Below, piece by piece: positions 17,885 through 25,940 of a stretch of 60,111 nucleotides of DNA; positions within the stretch are counted from its first letter, which is position 1; every line of letters starts with the position of its first letter. The stretch covers positions 1 to 60,111 of the IMG/VR virus record IMGVR_UViG_3300013126_000034. One strand, given 5' to 3'. The notes under the pieces were generated by a model. That model was not told the DNA's origin, made no database searches, and saw nothing but the letters and a program-made list of their open reading frames with translations. Both the position numbers and the translations under genes were made by a program. This stretch comes from a virus. Taxonomy: Duplodnaviria > Caudoviricetes.

Positions 17885-18106
17885 ATGACCAATGACGAAC
17901 TGATCAACGCGCTGAAGCACGTCGCCGACGATCACCCCTGTTGCGCGGGCGCACTCCTCGAAGCAGCTGATCGTCTGAAGACCCTCGATTCGTTCGAGCT
18001 CGCGACGCGCTGGCAGTGCGTGTGCGGTGGCACCGACTGCGACGGCCAGCGCGAGAACGCCGTGCTCATTCAGCTTGTTCGAAATCTCATCAACCGTGGC
18101 CGCTGA
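17885..18106 (+). CDS. Small protein with a second WxCxCGGTDCxGQ motif
   Basis: ATG at 17885, MTNDELINAL...EAADRL...WQCVCGGTDCDGQRENAVL. Confidence 0.6.
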   Translation: MTNDELINALKHVADDHPCCAGALLEAADRLKTLDSFELATRWQCVCGGTDCDGQRENAVLIQLVRNLINRGR

Positions 18107-18623
18107 CCTTCCAGTTCACCAATACGTCAACATAGACGCCGGTGCGATTTCCGACGGCCCGCAGCACGGCGTCTGGTTCGCCGTGCAGTGCAACGTAGGC
18201 GGCGTGTACGGTGGTCACGTCCTGCTCGACAACGGAGCCCTGTATCGAAACATCCCGCTGCACCACCTCTCGCACCCGCAGGCCCACAACCCGCCGTCCC
18301 ACAAGGCCGCCGACCTGCAACTCTGGGACTGCTATTCCGAAAAGTGCGAGGTGGTGGAGTACGACTACCTCAGAGGATTGCAGGTGCGTCTGTCCGGTTG
18401 GAAGACGGGGGCTTATCTGGCGACCATCATTCCCGCCGAGGACGCGTTCTCACGGCACCCGGAGCAGGCCAAAGAATTTGTAGTGGCGTGGATGGATACA
18501 GGTCGGCTGGTCATTCGGGCGACGAACGAGATCATGTTTTCCGACTGCTCGTTCATGAAACCGGACGCGAGCCCCTTGGGCCTCTACCGGCAGACCGTCA
18601 TTCCGTCCGTCGAGCGGCCCTGA
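18096..18623 (+). CDS. Phage hypothetical protein
   Basis: GTG at 18096. HVLLDNGALYRNIPLHHL, QLWDCYS and HPEQAKE look like a conserved phage family. Confidence 0.65.
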   Translation: MAADLPVHQYVNIDAGAISDGPQHGVWFAVQCNVGGVYGGHVLLDNGALYRNIPLHHLSHPQAHNPPSHKAADLQLWDCYSEKCEVVEYDYLRGLQVRLSGWKTGAYLATIIPAEDAFSRHPEQAKEFVVAWMDTGRLVIRATNEIMFSDCSFMKPDASPLGLYRQTVIPSVERP

Positions 18624-18626
18624 GCG

Positions 18627-18839
18627 GTGCAGGGGCTGGCCCCGGGCCGTAGGAGGGAAGCCCCCGAGGCCAGCCATTGCACATGAACGACACCCGGACC
18701 AGTGTGAGCACCACGTCCGGCCCCACCACCGTACGACCCGCCGACCCGCCGTCAAGCGGCCTTTCCGACCCGAGGACGCACAGGGCGTCCAAGTGTGTCC
18801 TCAGGCACAAATCGGGTCGTAAAACGCAAAGGACGGCGG
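18627..18839. ncRNA. Candidate structured non-coding element
   Basis: Three consecutive stems. The third is nested: CCGCCGTC/GACGGCGG, CGACCCGA/TCGGGTCG and GAGGACGCAC/GTGTGTCCTC. Confidence 0.35.
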
Positions 18840-18849
18840 CTGAGGGCAC

Positions 18850-18879
18850 AAAAAAGCCCCGAGCCGTGAAGCCCGGGGC
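18850..18879 (-). terminator. Rho-independent terminator of the leftward early operon
   Basis: Minus strand reads GCCCCGGGC-TTCACG-GCTCGGGGC-TTTTTT. Confidence 0.85.
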
Positions 18880-18885
18880 CAATTG

Positions 18886-19155
18886 TCACGCTTGCGCCTC
18901 CTCCGGCCAGTACTCGGGGTAGGTATCGACGAGGTCGCGGCCACTGTCCGTCACCTCCACCGTCCAGCCGTACCCTGCCCACCGGATGCCCATGTACGGA
19001 GCGGGCCGGTACACTTCTATGTACCCAGCCTGTTCGAGGTCGTCGAGGTGAGCGGACGGGTGGAGCGAGGTGAAATGGCGACCGGCGGAGTCGCGAGTGG
19101 TGAGGGTCGAGAGGAGACGCACGGCCTCCCCGATGCTGAGGATTTTCGTTTTCAT
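18886..19155 (-). CDS. Hypothetical early protein (possible winged helix)
   Basis: 89 aa, LDDLEQAGYIE...VEVTDSGRDLV. Confidence 0.65.
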   Translation of the reverse strand: MKTKILSIGEAVRLLSTLTTRDSAGRHFTSLHPSAHLDDLEQAGYIEVYRPAPYMGIRWAGYGWTVEVTDSGRDLVDTYPEYWPEEAQA

Positions 19156-19180
19156 GGTAAAAAAAGTTCAAGAGTTGATG

Positions 19181-19405
19181 TTACCTGAGCGCGGCAGCGG
19201 CCTCGTCGTCGGTCAGGATGACGTCCCGACCGAGGTCGAGGTACGCGTGGCGACCGAGGCGGAAATTGTGGCAGTAGAGGTATCGGCGCCCGCGGGCGAC
19301 GAACGGGGTCTCGGTGCCGCCGCAGGCGGGCACCCAGCGATCCGCGCAGGCAGCGCGGGCGGCGTTGTATTCGATCTGGGAGGGGGTGAGGGTTTCAGTG
19401 GTCAT
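19181..19405 (-). CDS. Hypothetical early protein
   Basis: 74 aa, WVPACGGTETPF, with a shared C/A-rich leader. Confidence 0.7.
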   Translation of the reverse strand: MTTETLTPSQIEYNAARAACADRWVPACGGTETPFVARGRRYLYCHNFRLGRHAYLDLGRDVILTDDEAAAALR

Positions 19406-19431
19406 GGGAGTGAGGAGTTGGGTGCTGCGGG

Positions 19432-19629
19432 TTAGCTGACCATAGCCCAGCCGGAGCCCAGCAGGTGCTGCTGGAAACCGAGGATCAGCGCGGTCCAGCG
19501 GCCTTTCGGCGTGCGGACGACGAGGTGACGTATCTTGGTGATTTCTGCGGCCTGCATGGCCTTGGCGAGGTTGGCTTCAGTGGCGTAGCTCTTAATGTAG
19601 GGGCTGTCGAGGTCGATGGCGGTGGTCAT
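19432..19629 (-). CDS. Hypothetical early protein
   Basis: Start reassigned to MTTAID at 19629, downstream of the promoter and shared leader. Confidence 0.7.
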   Translation of the reverse strand: MTTAIDLDSPYIKSYATEANLAKAMQAAEITKIRHLVVRTPKGRWTALILGFQQHLLGSGWAMVS

Positions 19630-19658
19630 GTGAGTGAGGAGTTGAGTGTTACGGACAG

Positions 19659-19705
19659 AGCAAAAGGCCCCTCGTGAATTATTGCAAGCACTATTTTCGA
19701 AAATC
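19659..19705 (-). promoter_or_regulatory. Putative early promoter, copy 1
   Basis: GAAAATAGTGC-TTGCAA-17 nt-TTTGCT-CTGT. The 17-bp core is identical to the copy at 21969-21985. Confidence 0.6.
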
Positions 19706-19717
19706 TTTTGGGGGCAT

Positions 19718-19747
19718 TTGGACGCCGTCCAACTGGACAGTTGGACG
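19718..19747. repeat. Overlapping palindromes built from TTGGACG/CGTCCAA
   Basis: TTGGACG-C-CGTCCAA (19718-19732) and CGTCCAACTG-GA-CAGTTGGACG (19726-19747). Confidence 0.75.
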
Positions 19748-19825
19748 CGGTATTTCGGTCCATCTTGCGAAATCCGGTTTACTAGAACCAAACGCATCCA
19801 AGCTTGCGTTTAGTCGCGCGAAACG

Positions 19826-20152
19826 TCACCGGGCACTCGTGAGCCGCACGAACGACGACTCCGGGAATGGTCTCCACTCCGCGGCCCGCGGACCCACGAC
19901 CCGCAGGCCCGTCGAATCCTCGACCGCGACGTAGTCGATCCTCGCGGCCAGCGCGATCTGGTAAAGTTCGTGGTCCCGTAGTTCGTGTTTCAATACGACG
20001 ATGAGGAGCCAGCCGTTCGAGTCGTCAGTGAGGTTGTGGGTCAGCTCCACGGTCCCGGGAACGACGATCGAAATGCCGGAGATGATGTTCCACATCTCGT
20101 GCGGCGAGCGCTCGCCAGCCTTCGTCTTGAGCGGGAAGTTTAGGGTCGTCAT
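19826..20152 (-). CDS. Hypothetical protein
   Basis: 108 aa, ATGA-coupled. Confidence 0.65.
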   Translation of the reverse strand: MTTLNFPLKTKAGERSPHEMWNIISGISIVVPGTVELTHNLTDDSNGWLLIVVLKHELRDHELYQIALAARIDYVAVEDSTGLRVVGPRAAEWRPFPESSFVRLTSAR

Positions 20153-20520
20153 GGTTTGAGCCCGAGTGTATCTCGGAGTTTGAATACACGTTCGCGGAAT
20201 TTGCGGTTGGTTTCGAGGTGATTCTGGACCTGTTTCAAACTGTAGACGATGGAGTTTCTGGAGCGGTCAAAAAACAAGGCGAGACGGTTGACGTTGCGGT
20301 TGTTCAGATGCGCGAGGTACATTGACACCTGCCGTGCGCGGATCGCTTCATCGACTTTCGTGTGCCGGAAGATGAGCGAACGATCCACTCTAAAATCTTC
20401 CGCGGTGGCGTTGACGATGCGTTCGAGAGTGTCCGGGGAGTTGTCCCGCTGCACCTCCGACAAAACCGCCAGCGCACGCGTGAGAAGTTCGGTGGCCTCG
20501 GATACGCGTGGGTCGATCAT
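20149..20520 (-). CDS. Stand-alone DnaA C-terminal (domain IV)-like HTH protein
   Basis: LERIVNATAEDFRV...ARQVSMYLA...FFDRSRNSIVYSLKQV matches the DnaA domain IV pattern. Start at 20520. Confidence 0.75.
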   Translation of the reverse strand: MIDPRVSEATELLTRALAVLSEVQRDNSPDTLERIVNATAEDFRVDRSLIFRHTKVDEAIRARQVSMYLAHLNNRNVNRLALFFDRSRNSIVYSLKQVQNHLETNRKFRERVFKLRDTLGLKP

Positions 20521-20738
20521 GTTTTCCTCCGCCGGGACCGGATGTGGTTGCGGACGTTCGACTCGGCGAGCATGTCGTCGAGTAGTTGTCCGGGCGACAC
20601 GTCCGCGACGAACGCGAGGAAACGGAACGTGTCGAGCGTGTGTGGCCGCACGCGCCACGGGATCATCACGCCTCGACCGGTGGGGAGCGGGGGCCGACCG
20701 GGGCCGCGCTTGGCTGGGACACGGGACTTGGTTTTCAT
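20517..20738 (-). CDS. Small DNA-binding protein (AT-hook-like plus RHH-like)
   Basis: KRGPGRPP followed by a strand-helix-helix pattern ending SPGQLLD. Confidence 0.6.
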   Translation of the reverse strand: MKTKSRVPAKRGPGRPPLPTGRGVMIPWRVRPHTLDTFRFLAFVADVSPGQLLDDMLAESNVRNHIRSRRRKT

Positions 20739-20746
20739 GGGTGAAG

Positions 20747-20784
20747 AAAAAAGGGGGCGAGCCCGCACTAGCCGAGCCCGCCCC
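20747..20784 (-). terminator. Rho-independent terminator after the DUF932 gene
   Basis: Minus strand reads GGGGCGGGCTCG-GCTAGTG-CGGGCTCGCCCC-CTTTTTT. Confidence 0.8.
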
Positions 20785-20799
20785 ATAGTGGAGGTCAAC

Positions 20800-21612
20800 T
20801 CAAACGGTGACGGCGTCGGCGATGGACGCCGCGTGGTCCCAGAGCTGCGTGTTAATCCGCTGGGTGGCCGTCAGGCTCGTAACGCGGCGGACGTAACGTG
20901 TGGTGACACCCGGGACACGCTCGCCCTCGGCGTTGGTGCGGGCGAAGCTCGCCTCGAACCCACCCCGCATGATGGCCTCTTGAGCCCGATTGAACGTGGC
21001 CCAGAGGTTGCTACCCTCGTCGCCCCACCGGCGCGGCTGCAGCATGCCGAAATAATCCGCGAACACGGGAGCCGAGGTCTCGCTCGGCCAGCGGGCCGCG
21101 ACGGCGGCGACGGCGATTTGGCGACGCTGCTCGGGGGTCAGCTCGATCTGACGCCAGAGGTCCACGGTGGAGATGACGCGGTCGAAGTTCGCCCGGGCCT
21201 CACGCGCCCCGGCAACGATGCGGTCCTCCAGCCCACCGCCGCGGTGATAAAACACGCCGCCAACCACCTTGATCCCGGCGTAGAGTTGGTTGGTGCACGC
21301 GCTGCGCAGGAAGCCGCCGATGAGGCGGAACGCGTGCCCGCCGTCGCTGCTGTTGCTGAGACGGAGGAGCGGCGAGCCCTCGGCGTGCGTGGGCAGCTCC
21401 GGGTGCGTGAGACTGATCTCGTGCTTCTTGTGCTCGGGCGAGCCGCCGCTGCGGGTGCGGGGCTGGCGGGCGTCGGTGATGCGCCAGCCGTCCTGCTGCA
21501 GGGCGTCGAGGACGTGAGCGGTGGTGACGTGGCTGTAGGAGTCAGACAGGCTGGCGTCCGGCGAGACGGCGAACGCTGCGGGTGCGAGGTAACGGACAGT
21601 GTCGAGGTTCAT
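20800..21612 (-). CDS. DUF932/DUF945-family protein
   Basis: SDSYSHVTT..VLDAL, NSSDG..AFRL..G..R..CTN and NLWATFNRAQE motifs. Confidence 0.85.
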   Translation of the reverse strand: MNLDTVRYLAPAAFAVSPDASLSDSYSHVTTAHVLDALQQDGWRITDARQPRTRSGGSPEHKKHEISLTHPELPTHAEGSPLLRLSNSSDGGHAFRLIGGFLRSACTNQLYAGIKVVGGVFYHRGGGLEDRIVAGAREARANFDRVISTVDLWRQIELTPEQRRQIAVAAVAARWPSETSAPVFADYFGMLQPRRWGDEGSNLWATFNRAQEAIMRGGFEASFARTNAEGERVPGVTTRYVRRVTSLTATQRINTQLWDHAASIADAVTV

Positions 21613-21654
21613 GTTAGTAGTAGTGCTTTTTTGGTTTATGGTTTCAGACGGAAA

Positions 21655-21897
21655 TTAAACCAGCGGGCCCAGCGTAGAGCGACTCTGGTGGTAGACACGC
21701 GCTGCGACGCGCCACGCGGCTCTCGCGGTCTCGGCGTTGCGGTCATAAGTCTGGACGACTCCGCGAGACACGCGGGCTACATAGTCGTCGCCCCGGTAGA
21801 GACTGACGCCGCCGTCCTCGACGACGGGCGTGTAGTCTGGGGCGAGACGCATGGCGGTGGCTAGGCTGCGGTGCTGTGAGGTGGTGAGGGTGTTCAT
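21655..21897 (-). CDS. Hypothetical early protein
   Basis: Start MNTLTT at 21897 after a CCA-rich leader, first gene after the promoter. Confidence 0.6.
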   Translation of the reverse strand: MNTLTTSQHRSLATAMRLAPDYTPVVEDGGVSLYRGDDYVARVSRGVVQTYDRNAETARAAWRVAARVYHQSRSTLGPLV

Positions 21898-21945
21898 GGG
21901 AGTGTGGTGGTGGTGGTGGGAGCGAGTAGTAGGTTGACGAGACAG

Positions 21946-21992
21946 AGTGGAGCAGAACCCAATAATTGTTGCAAGCACTATTTTCAAAAAAC
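21946..21992 (-). promoter_or_regulatory. Putative early promoter, copy 2
   Basis: GAAAATAGTGC-TTGCAA-17 nt-TCCACT-CTGT. Confidence 0.6.
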
Positions 21993-22117
21993 TTCAGAAA
22001 TTTTCCGATCTGGAAAACACAGTATACCAACGACTTACGAAACACTCTCTGTAGTGAAAGATGGATACCAACGAAAAAGGCGTGCTCCGCTGCGGCCCGC
22101 GTGCAGGGTAAACCGCA

Positions 22118-22294
22118 ATGAATACGAAAATGTCTGTCGTGCTCCGACCGGAGCAAGTTGAGAAACTAAAAGCGTTCGCGGCGGAGCGCGACCTGTCGGT
22201 GTCCGACGTGGTCCGCGAAATTCTCCGCGGGTACGTGGCTGATGTCGCCGCCGAAAAACCGAAGGGGACCAACACCAAGAAGGGCCGCCGATGA
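22118..22294 (+). CDS. Ribbon-helix-helix (CopG-like) regulator, 58 aa
   Basis: Below the ORF-track cut-off. Manual translation: MNTKMSVVLRPEQVEKLKAFAAERDLSVSDVVREILRGYV. Confidence 0.75.
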   Translation: MNTKMSVVLRPEQVEKLKAFAAERDLSVSDVVREILRGYVADVAAEKPKGTNTKKGRR

Positions 22295-22683
22295 GCTTCA
22301 TGCGTGTTTACCCCGTGGATACAAGCACGGGCCGCGAGGCGTCGTGCGTCAGGTATTTCGAGCGGGTCTGCCAGCGGGCCGCGAAGGAACTGCTCATCGC
22401 CGACGGCGTGCAGTCGATGATACGTCTCGAACGTATTCCCCAACGACCCGCCGTCCCACGACCCAAGGGCGCACACGGCGCGGGAGTGGACTCAAAGTCC
22501 AACCTCGTCCCCGGCATGCGGGTGAGCCAGAAAGTCGTCGACGCGGCTCGTCTCTGGGCCACAACACCGCCGGACAAACGTCGCCTGCAGCCCGGTCTGG
22601 CCGAGCGGCTGGCCGTCGAGGCGGGTGTCGCCCGCGGCACGCTCACGCGTGTCGGTCGCCGCATCCTCAAAGGAGATTTGTAA
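22291..22683 (+). CDS. Hypothetical protein with C-terminal HTH-like segment
   Basis: 130 aa, ERLAVEAGVARGTL, ATGA-coupled. Confidence 0.6.
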   Translation: MSFMRVYPVDTSTGREASCVRYFERVCQRAAKELLIADGVQSMIRLERIPQRPAVPRPKGAHGAGVDSKSNLVPGMRVSQKVVDAARLWATTPPDKRRLQPGLAERLAVEAGVARGTLTRVGRRILKGDL

Positions 22684-22685
22684 TT

Positions 22686-22871
22686 ATGTTCCCACTACTT
22701 ATTCTTGCGGTCTCTGTTTTCTCTTCCTGCGCGACCATCTACCTCATCGACGACGCCTACGAGGCTTACCTCGAAACAGCGCCTCTGCGTGAATTTATTT
22801 TCAAGGCCCTTTGTGCCGCCTCTGCACTCGTGCTCAGTGTCGCTCTCTGGCTGCTCGTCTACCTCACTTAA
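22686..22871 (+). CDS. Small two-TM membrane protein
   Basis: MFPLLILAVSVFSSCATIYLI...ALVLSVALWLLVYLT. Confidence 0.55.
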   Translation: MFPLLILAVSVFSSCATIYLIDDAYEAYLETAPLREFIFKALCAASALVLSVALWLLVYLT

Positions 22872-22872
22872 C

Positions 22873-23418
22873 ATGCCCGACAAAAACTATCGCTCTTACG
22901 AAAACCTCGACGGTGTCACCGTCGAGAATTGCATACTGGTCCCTGACCATTCGACCTACAACGACACGATGAAGGTTTTCAAGTGCACGCACTCGACGTT
23001 CAAGGATTTCTACGTCGTCGGCTCCAAGGAAGACGTTCTTGATCTGGGGCGTGAGTCCTGCGCCAACCTGCTGACTGGTTTCCGGGTAAAGCCCGTGGGC
23101 CGGTACGTCGTGACGTGCAAGGGCGGGAGCCACCACAATTCGTTCACCAACTGGCTCCTCGAAGCGCACGGCGAGGCCGTTGATTTCGAGTTCGGGAATT
23201 GGCATTCCCTGAATTTCGACACGAGCCGCGACAACGTGCTGGCCAACGTCCGCGCCCTCGACGGCAAGCCCGTCACCTACTGCTACCGTTGGGGCTGCAG
23301 ACCCCTCTTCATCGACACGCCCGCCACGCATTTCTGGTGGCGTTCAGTTGGCCTCACCGTGTACTGGTGGGGCAAATACGTCGCGCACCGCATTCTCCGC
23401 GTCCCCGACAACTACTGA
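22873..23418 (+). CDS. Short right-handed beta-helix-like protein
   Basis: Start MPDKN at 22873. GVTVENC, GSKEDVLDL and TCKGGSHHNSF resemble parallel beta-helix rungs. Confidence 0.5.
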   Translation: MPDKNYRSYENLDGVTVENCILVPDHSTYNDTMKVFKCTHSTFKDFYVVGSKEDVLDLGRESCANLLTGFRVKPVGRYVVTCKGGSHHNSFTNWLLEAHGEAVDFEFGNWHSLNFDTSRDNVLANVRALDGKPVTYCYRWGCRPLFIDTPATHFWWRSVGLTVYWWGKYVAHRILRVPDNY

Positions 23419-23446
23419 CGTCGTTTCACGCAAAGGAGGACAAGCC

Positions 23447-24163
23447 ATGAACCTGCTCCACATGACACCCGCAGAATTCTGCCGCGTTACCAACGCCTGC
23501 GAAAAAGGCCGCGACTTCGCGCTCCAACACGCGTCGATGGCCGACGTGTGGGATAAGTGCCCACGCGCTGACTGGCTGATTTGGATCGCACGTGCTCTTG
23601 GCGAGCGACCAGACGACCGCACGCTGCGGCTTTTTGCGGTGTGGAGCGCCCGCCACACGCCGTTGGGCGACGGGCGGGTAACAGGTGACCTTCTCACCGA
23701 TCCTCGCTTGCAGGCTGCGCTGGAGGTGGCCGAGCGTTACGCGCATGGGCAGGCCACGACGGAGGAGTTGGCTGCTGCGAGGGCTGCTGCGTGGGTTGCT
23801 GCGGATGCCGCGCGGGCTGCTGCGGGGGCGGCTGCGTGGGATGCTGCGGGGGCTGCTGCGGATGCTGCGTGGGCTGCTGCGGCGGCTGCGGCGGCTGCTA
23901 CGGCGTTCGAAGATCCGGAGCATGCGGCCCGAAGGGCGTGGGATGCTGCGGGGGCTGCTGCGGATGCTGCGTGGGCTGCTGCGGCGGCTGCGGCGGCTGC
24001 TACGGCTGCTGCGGATGCTGCGGCGGCTGCTACGGCTGCTGCGGATGCTGCGTGGGCTGCTGCGGCGGTTGCGGCGGCTGCTACGGCTGCTGCGCGGGCT
24101 GCTGCGGGGGCTGCTCAAGCCGACCAACTCCGGCGCATGGTGCCTAACCCGTTTCGCCCATGA
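23447..24163 (+). CDS. Ala-rich repeat protein (Imm5-like N-terminal region)
   Basis: AGGAGGA RBS. LRLFAVW.A...DPR..AALEVAERYAHGQAT.EEL, followed by AAW/AAA repeats. Confidence 0.75.
   Translation: MNLLHMTPAEFCRVTNACEKGRDFALQHASMADVWDKCPRADWLIWIARALGERPDDRTLRLFAVWSARHTPLGDGRVTGDLLTDPRLQAALEVAERYAHGQATTEELAAARAAAWVAADAARAAAGAAAWDAAGAAADAAWAAAAAAAAATAFEDPEHAARRAWDAAGAAADAAWAAAAAAAAATAAADAAAAATAAADAAWAAAAVAAAATAAARAAAGAAQADQLRRMVPNPFRP
23770..24115 (+). repeat. GCT/GCG low-complexity coding repeat with an exact 71-bp duplication
   Basis: 23834-23904 is identical to 23936-24006. Confidence 0.85.
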
Positions 24164-25260
24164 AACTACGCCCCTACCAAATCGAGGCCCGTGACTTCCT
24201 CGTCGAGCGGCCCCGTGGGTTCGTCATCGCCCCCGCGGGGTCGGGAAAAACCGTCATCGCGGCTTCGGCGTGCGCCTCCGCGGTGAAAATGTGCGAGCGC
24301 GTGGCGTGGCTCTGCAACACCCGCGAACAGTGCGCTCAGGCCGAGGCCGCGCTCGCCAAGGCGCAGGTCCCCGATTTTCTGGTCTGCTGCGTCGCCGGGG
24401 CTCCCGCTGATTTGAAGCCGTACGCCATCGTCGTGATCGACGAGGCGCATCACGCGCCCGCCGCGACGTGGGCCGCGGTGGTGAAGGCGAGCGGGCACGC
24501 CCGGCACCTCTGGGGCCTCTCGGCCACGCCGTGGACGGACGACAAGGAGCGCAACACGGCGGTCCAGCAGATTTTCCTCGAATTTGTCGAGATCGACCGC
24601 GACGACGTGATGGCCGGGGGCCATCTCGTCCCGGGTCACGTCCACGTCCTCGATTTCGACTGGCCCCGGGAGTACGACGAGGAGATCGAGCCCCGGGTCG
24701 AACGTGAGGTGCTGCGCCGCAAGCGGATGTTCAGAGCGATCCCGGAGCACGAACACCGCCGCCGTGTCATCTGGCAGTACACGTCAGCTCACCTGCGAAA
24801 CAACGCGAACCGCAACGCCGCCATCATCCAGACTGCTGGACAGGAGATGGCCAAGGGCGAGACGGTGATCATCCTCGTGGGGTCCATCGAGCACGGCGAG
24901 CATCTGGCCGACGAGATCGTCGGCGCGGCCTGTATTCACTCGAAACTCGGGACGAAGAAGCGCAAGGAGCTGACGGACGCGCTGCGCGACGGCTCGCTCA
25001 AGTGCGCCGTAGCCACGTCGCTCCTCGACGAGGGCGCAGACTTTCCACGCGCTTCGGTGCTCATCCTCGCCGCCGGTGGACGGTCCGCCACGAAGACAAT
25101 CCAACGCGCCGGTCGCGTGATGCGCCCTCACGCCGGGAAGACCTGCGGCGTCGTTTACGATTTCGCCGACCGCGGGCTCACGTTCGCGAATGCGCAGTGG
25201 ATCGCTCGGCTACGCACCTACGAAAATTTGGGCTACCTCATTCATGGACATTCTCACTGA
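24160..25260 (+). CDS. Superfamily 2 (DEAH) helicase
   Basis: LRPYQ, APAGSGKT, DEAHH, SAT, EGADFP and QRAGRVMR. Confidence 0.92.
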   Translation: MKLRPYQIEARDFLVERPRGFVIAPAGSGKTVIAASACASAVKMCERVAWLCNTREQCAQAEAALAKAQVPDFLVCCVAGAPADLKPYAIVVIDEAHHAPAATWAAVVKASGHARHLWGLSATPWTDDKERNTAVQQIFLEFVEIDRDDVMAGGHLVPGHVHVLDFDWPREYDEEIEPRVEREVLRRKRMFRAIPEHEHRRRVIWQYTSAHLRNNANRNAAIIQTAGQEMAKGETVIILVGSIEHGEHLADEIVGAACIHSKLGTKKRKELTDALRDGSLKCAVATSLLDEGADFPRASVLILAAGGRSATKTIQRAGRVMRPHAGKTCGVVYDFADRGLTFANAQWIARLRTYENLGYLIHGHSH

Positions 25261-25723
25261 GAGAGGCCAGCGTTACGTCGAAGAGGAACGCAAGGTCGTA
25301 GCGTTCATGCAGGACCTCTACCGCACCTCGTTCGTCTACCACACGCCGCTGCACACGCCCGCCGCGTTGGACATTGTGTCCATTCGCGATGGTCAGGTCC
25401 GCGCTGTGGCCGAGATCAAATGTCGAGAGAACACGATCGACGACTTTCTGCGCTTCGGCTCGCTCATTTTGACGTGGTCCAAAATTGAGGCCATGCAGGA
25501 GGTGGCCCGGGCTGTCTACGTCTCCGGGTATGTCGTGCTCTACAGCATCCCCAACGATGCCCTCTGCGTCGCCCACATTGTGAACCCAGACGGCACACTC
25601 GCGGCCAAGATCGACTGCGACATCACCGCGACGAAGCGGAGCTGCAACGGAGGGCAGGCCCTGCGAAAAAACGGGTACATTCCGATCAGCTTGTTCGGCG
25701 ACTTCGAGCCTCACTTTTTCTAG
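25244..25723 (+). CDS. PD-(D/E)XK-like nuclease
   Basis: ALD...AVAEIKCR motif. Start MDIL at 25244. Confidence 0.6.
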   Translation: MDILTERGQRYVEEERKVVAFMQDLYRTSFVYHTPLHTPAALDIVSIRDGQVRAVAEIKCRENTIDDFLRFGSLILTWSKIEAMQEVARAVYVSGYVVLYSIPNDALCVAHIVNPDGTLAAKIDCDITATKRSCNGGQALRKNGYIPISLFGDFEPHFF

Positions 25724-25727
25724 GTGT

Positions 25728-25937
25728 ATGAACCCAAACCCGCTGAGCGACGATGATTTCGTCCGGGCCGTGCTGACCCGTACCATCAGCCACGACGAAT
25801 TTAACGCGAATGCTCAAAGGTTCGTCTCGACGGGAAGGTGGCTAAACATGAGCCGTGAACTGCAGCGTGAAGTGCGCCGGTGGATACGGTTCGGCCTTGT
25901 AAAATTTGAATCCCGCCCTGAAACCCAAAACCCATAA
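25728..25937 (+). CDS. Hypothetical protein
   Basis: 69 aa, tightly packed in the operon. Confidence 0.55.
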   Translation: MNPNPLSDDDFVRAVLTRTISHDEFNANAQRFVSTGRWLNMSRELQREVRRWIRFGLVKFESRPETQNP

Positions 25938-25940
25938 GCC

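Noticed and set aside
15664-22117. tRNA genes in intergenic gaps
   Set aside because: No cloverleaf with a T-loop (GTTCRA) consensus was found by eye. A tRNAscan-SE run would settle it.
23685-24194. Cys/Gly-rich, Leu/Arg-rich and Ser/Arg-rich ORFs
   Set aside because: These are alternative frames of the GCT/GCG repeat. The Ala frame has the RBS and a recognisable N-terminal domain.
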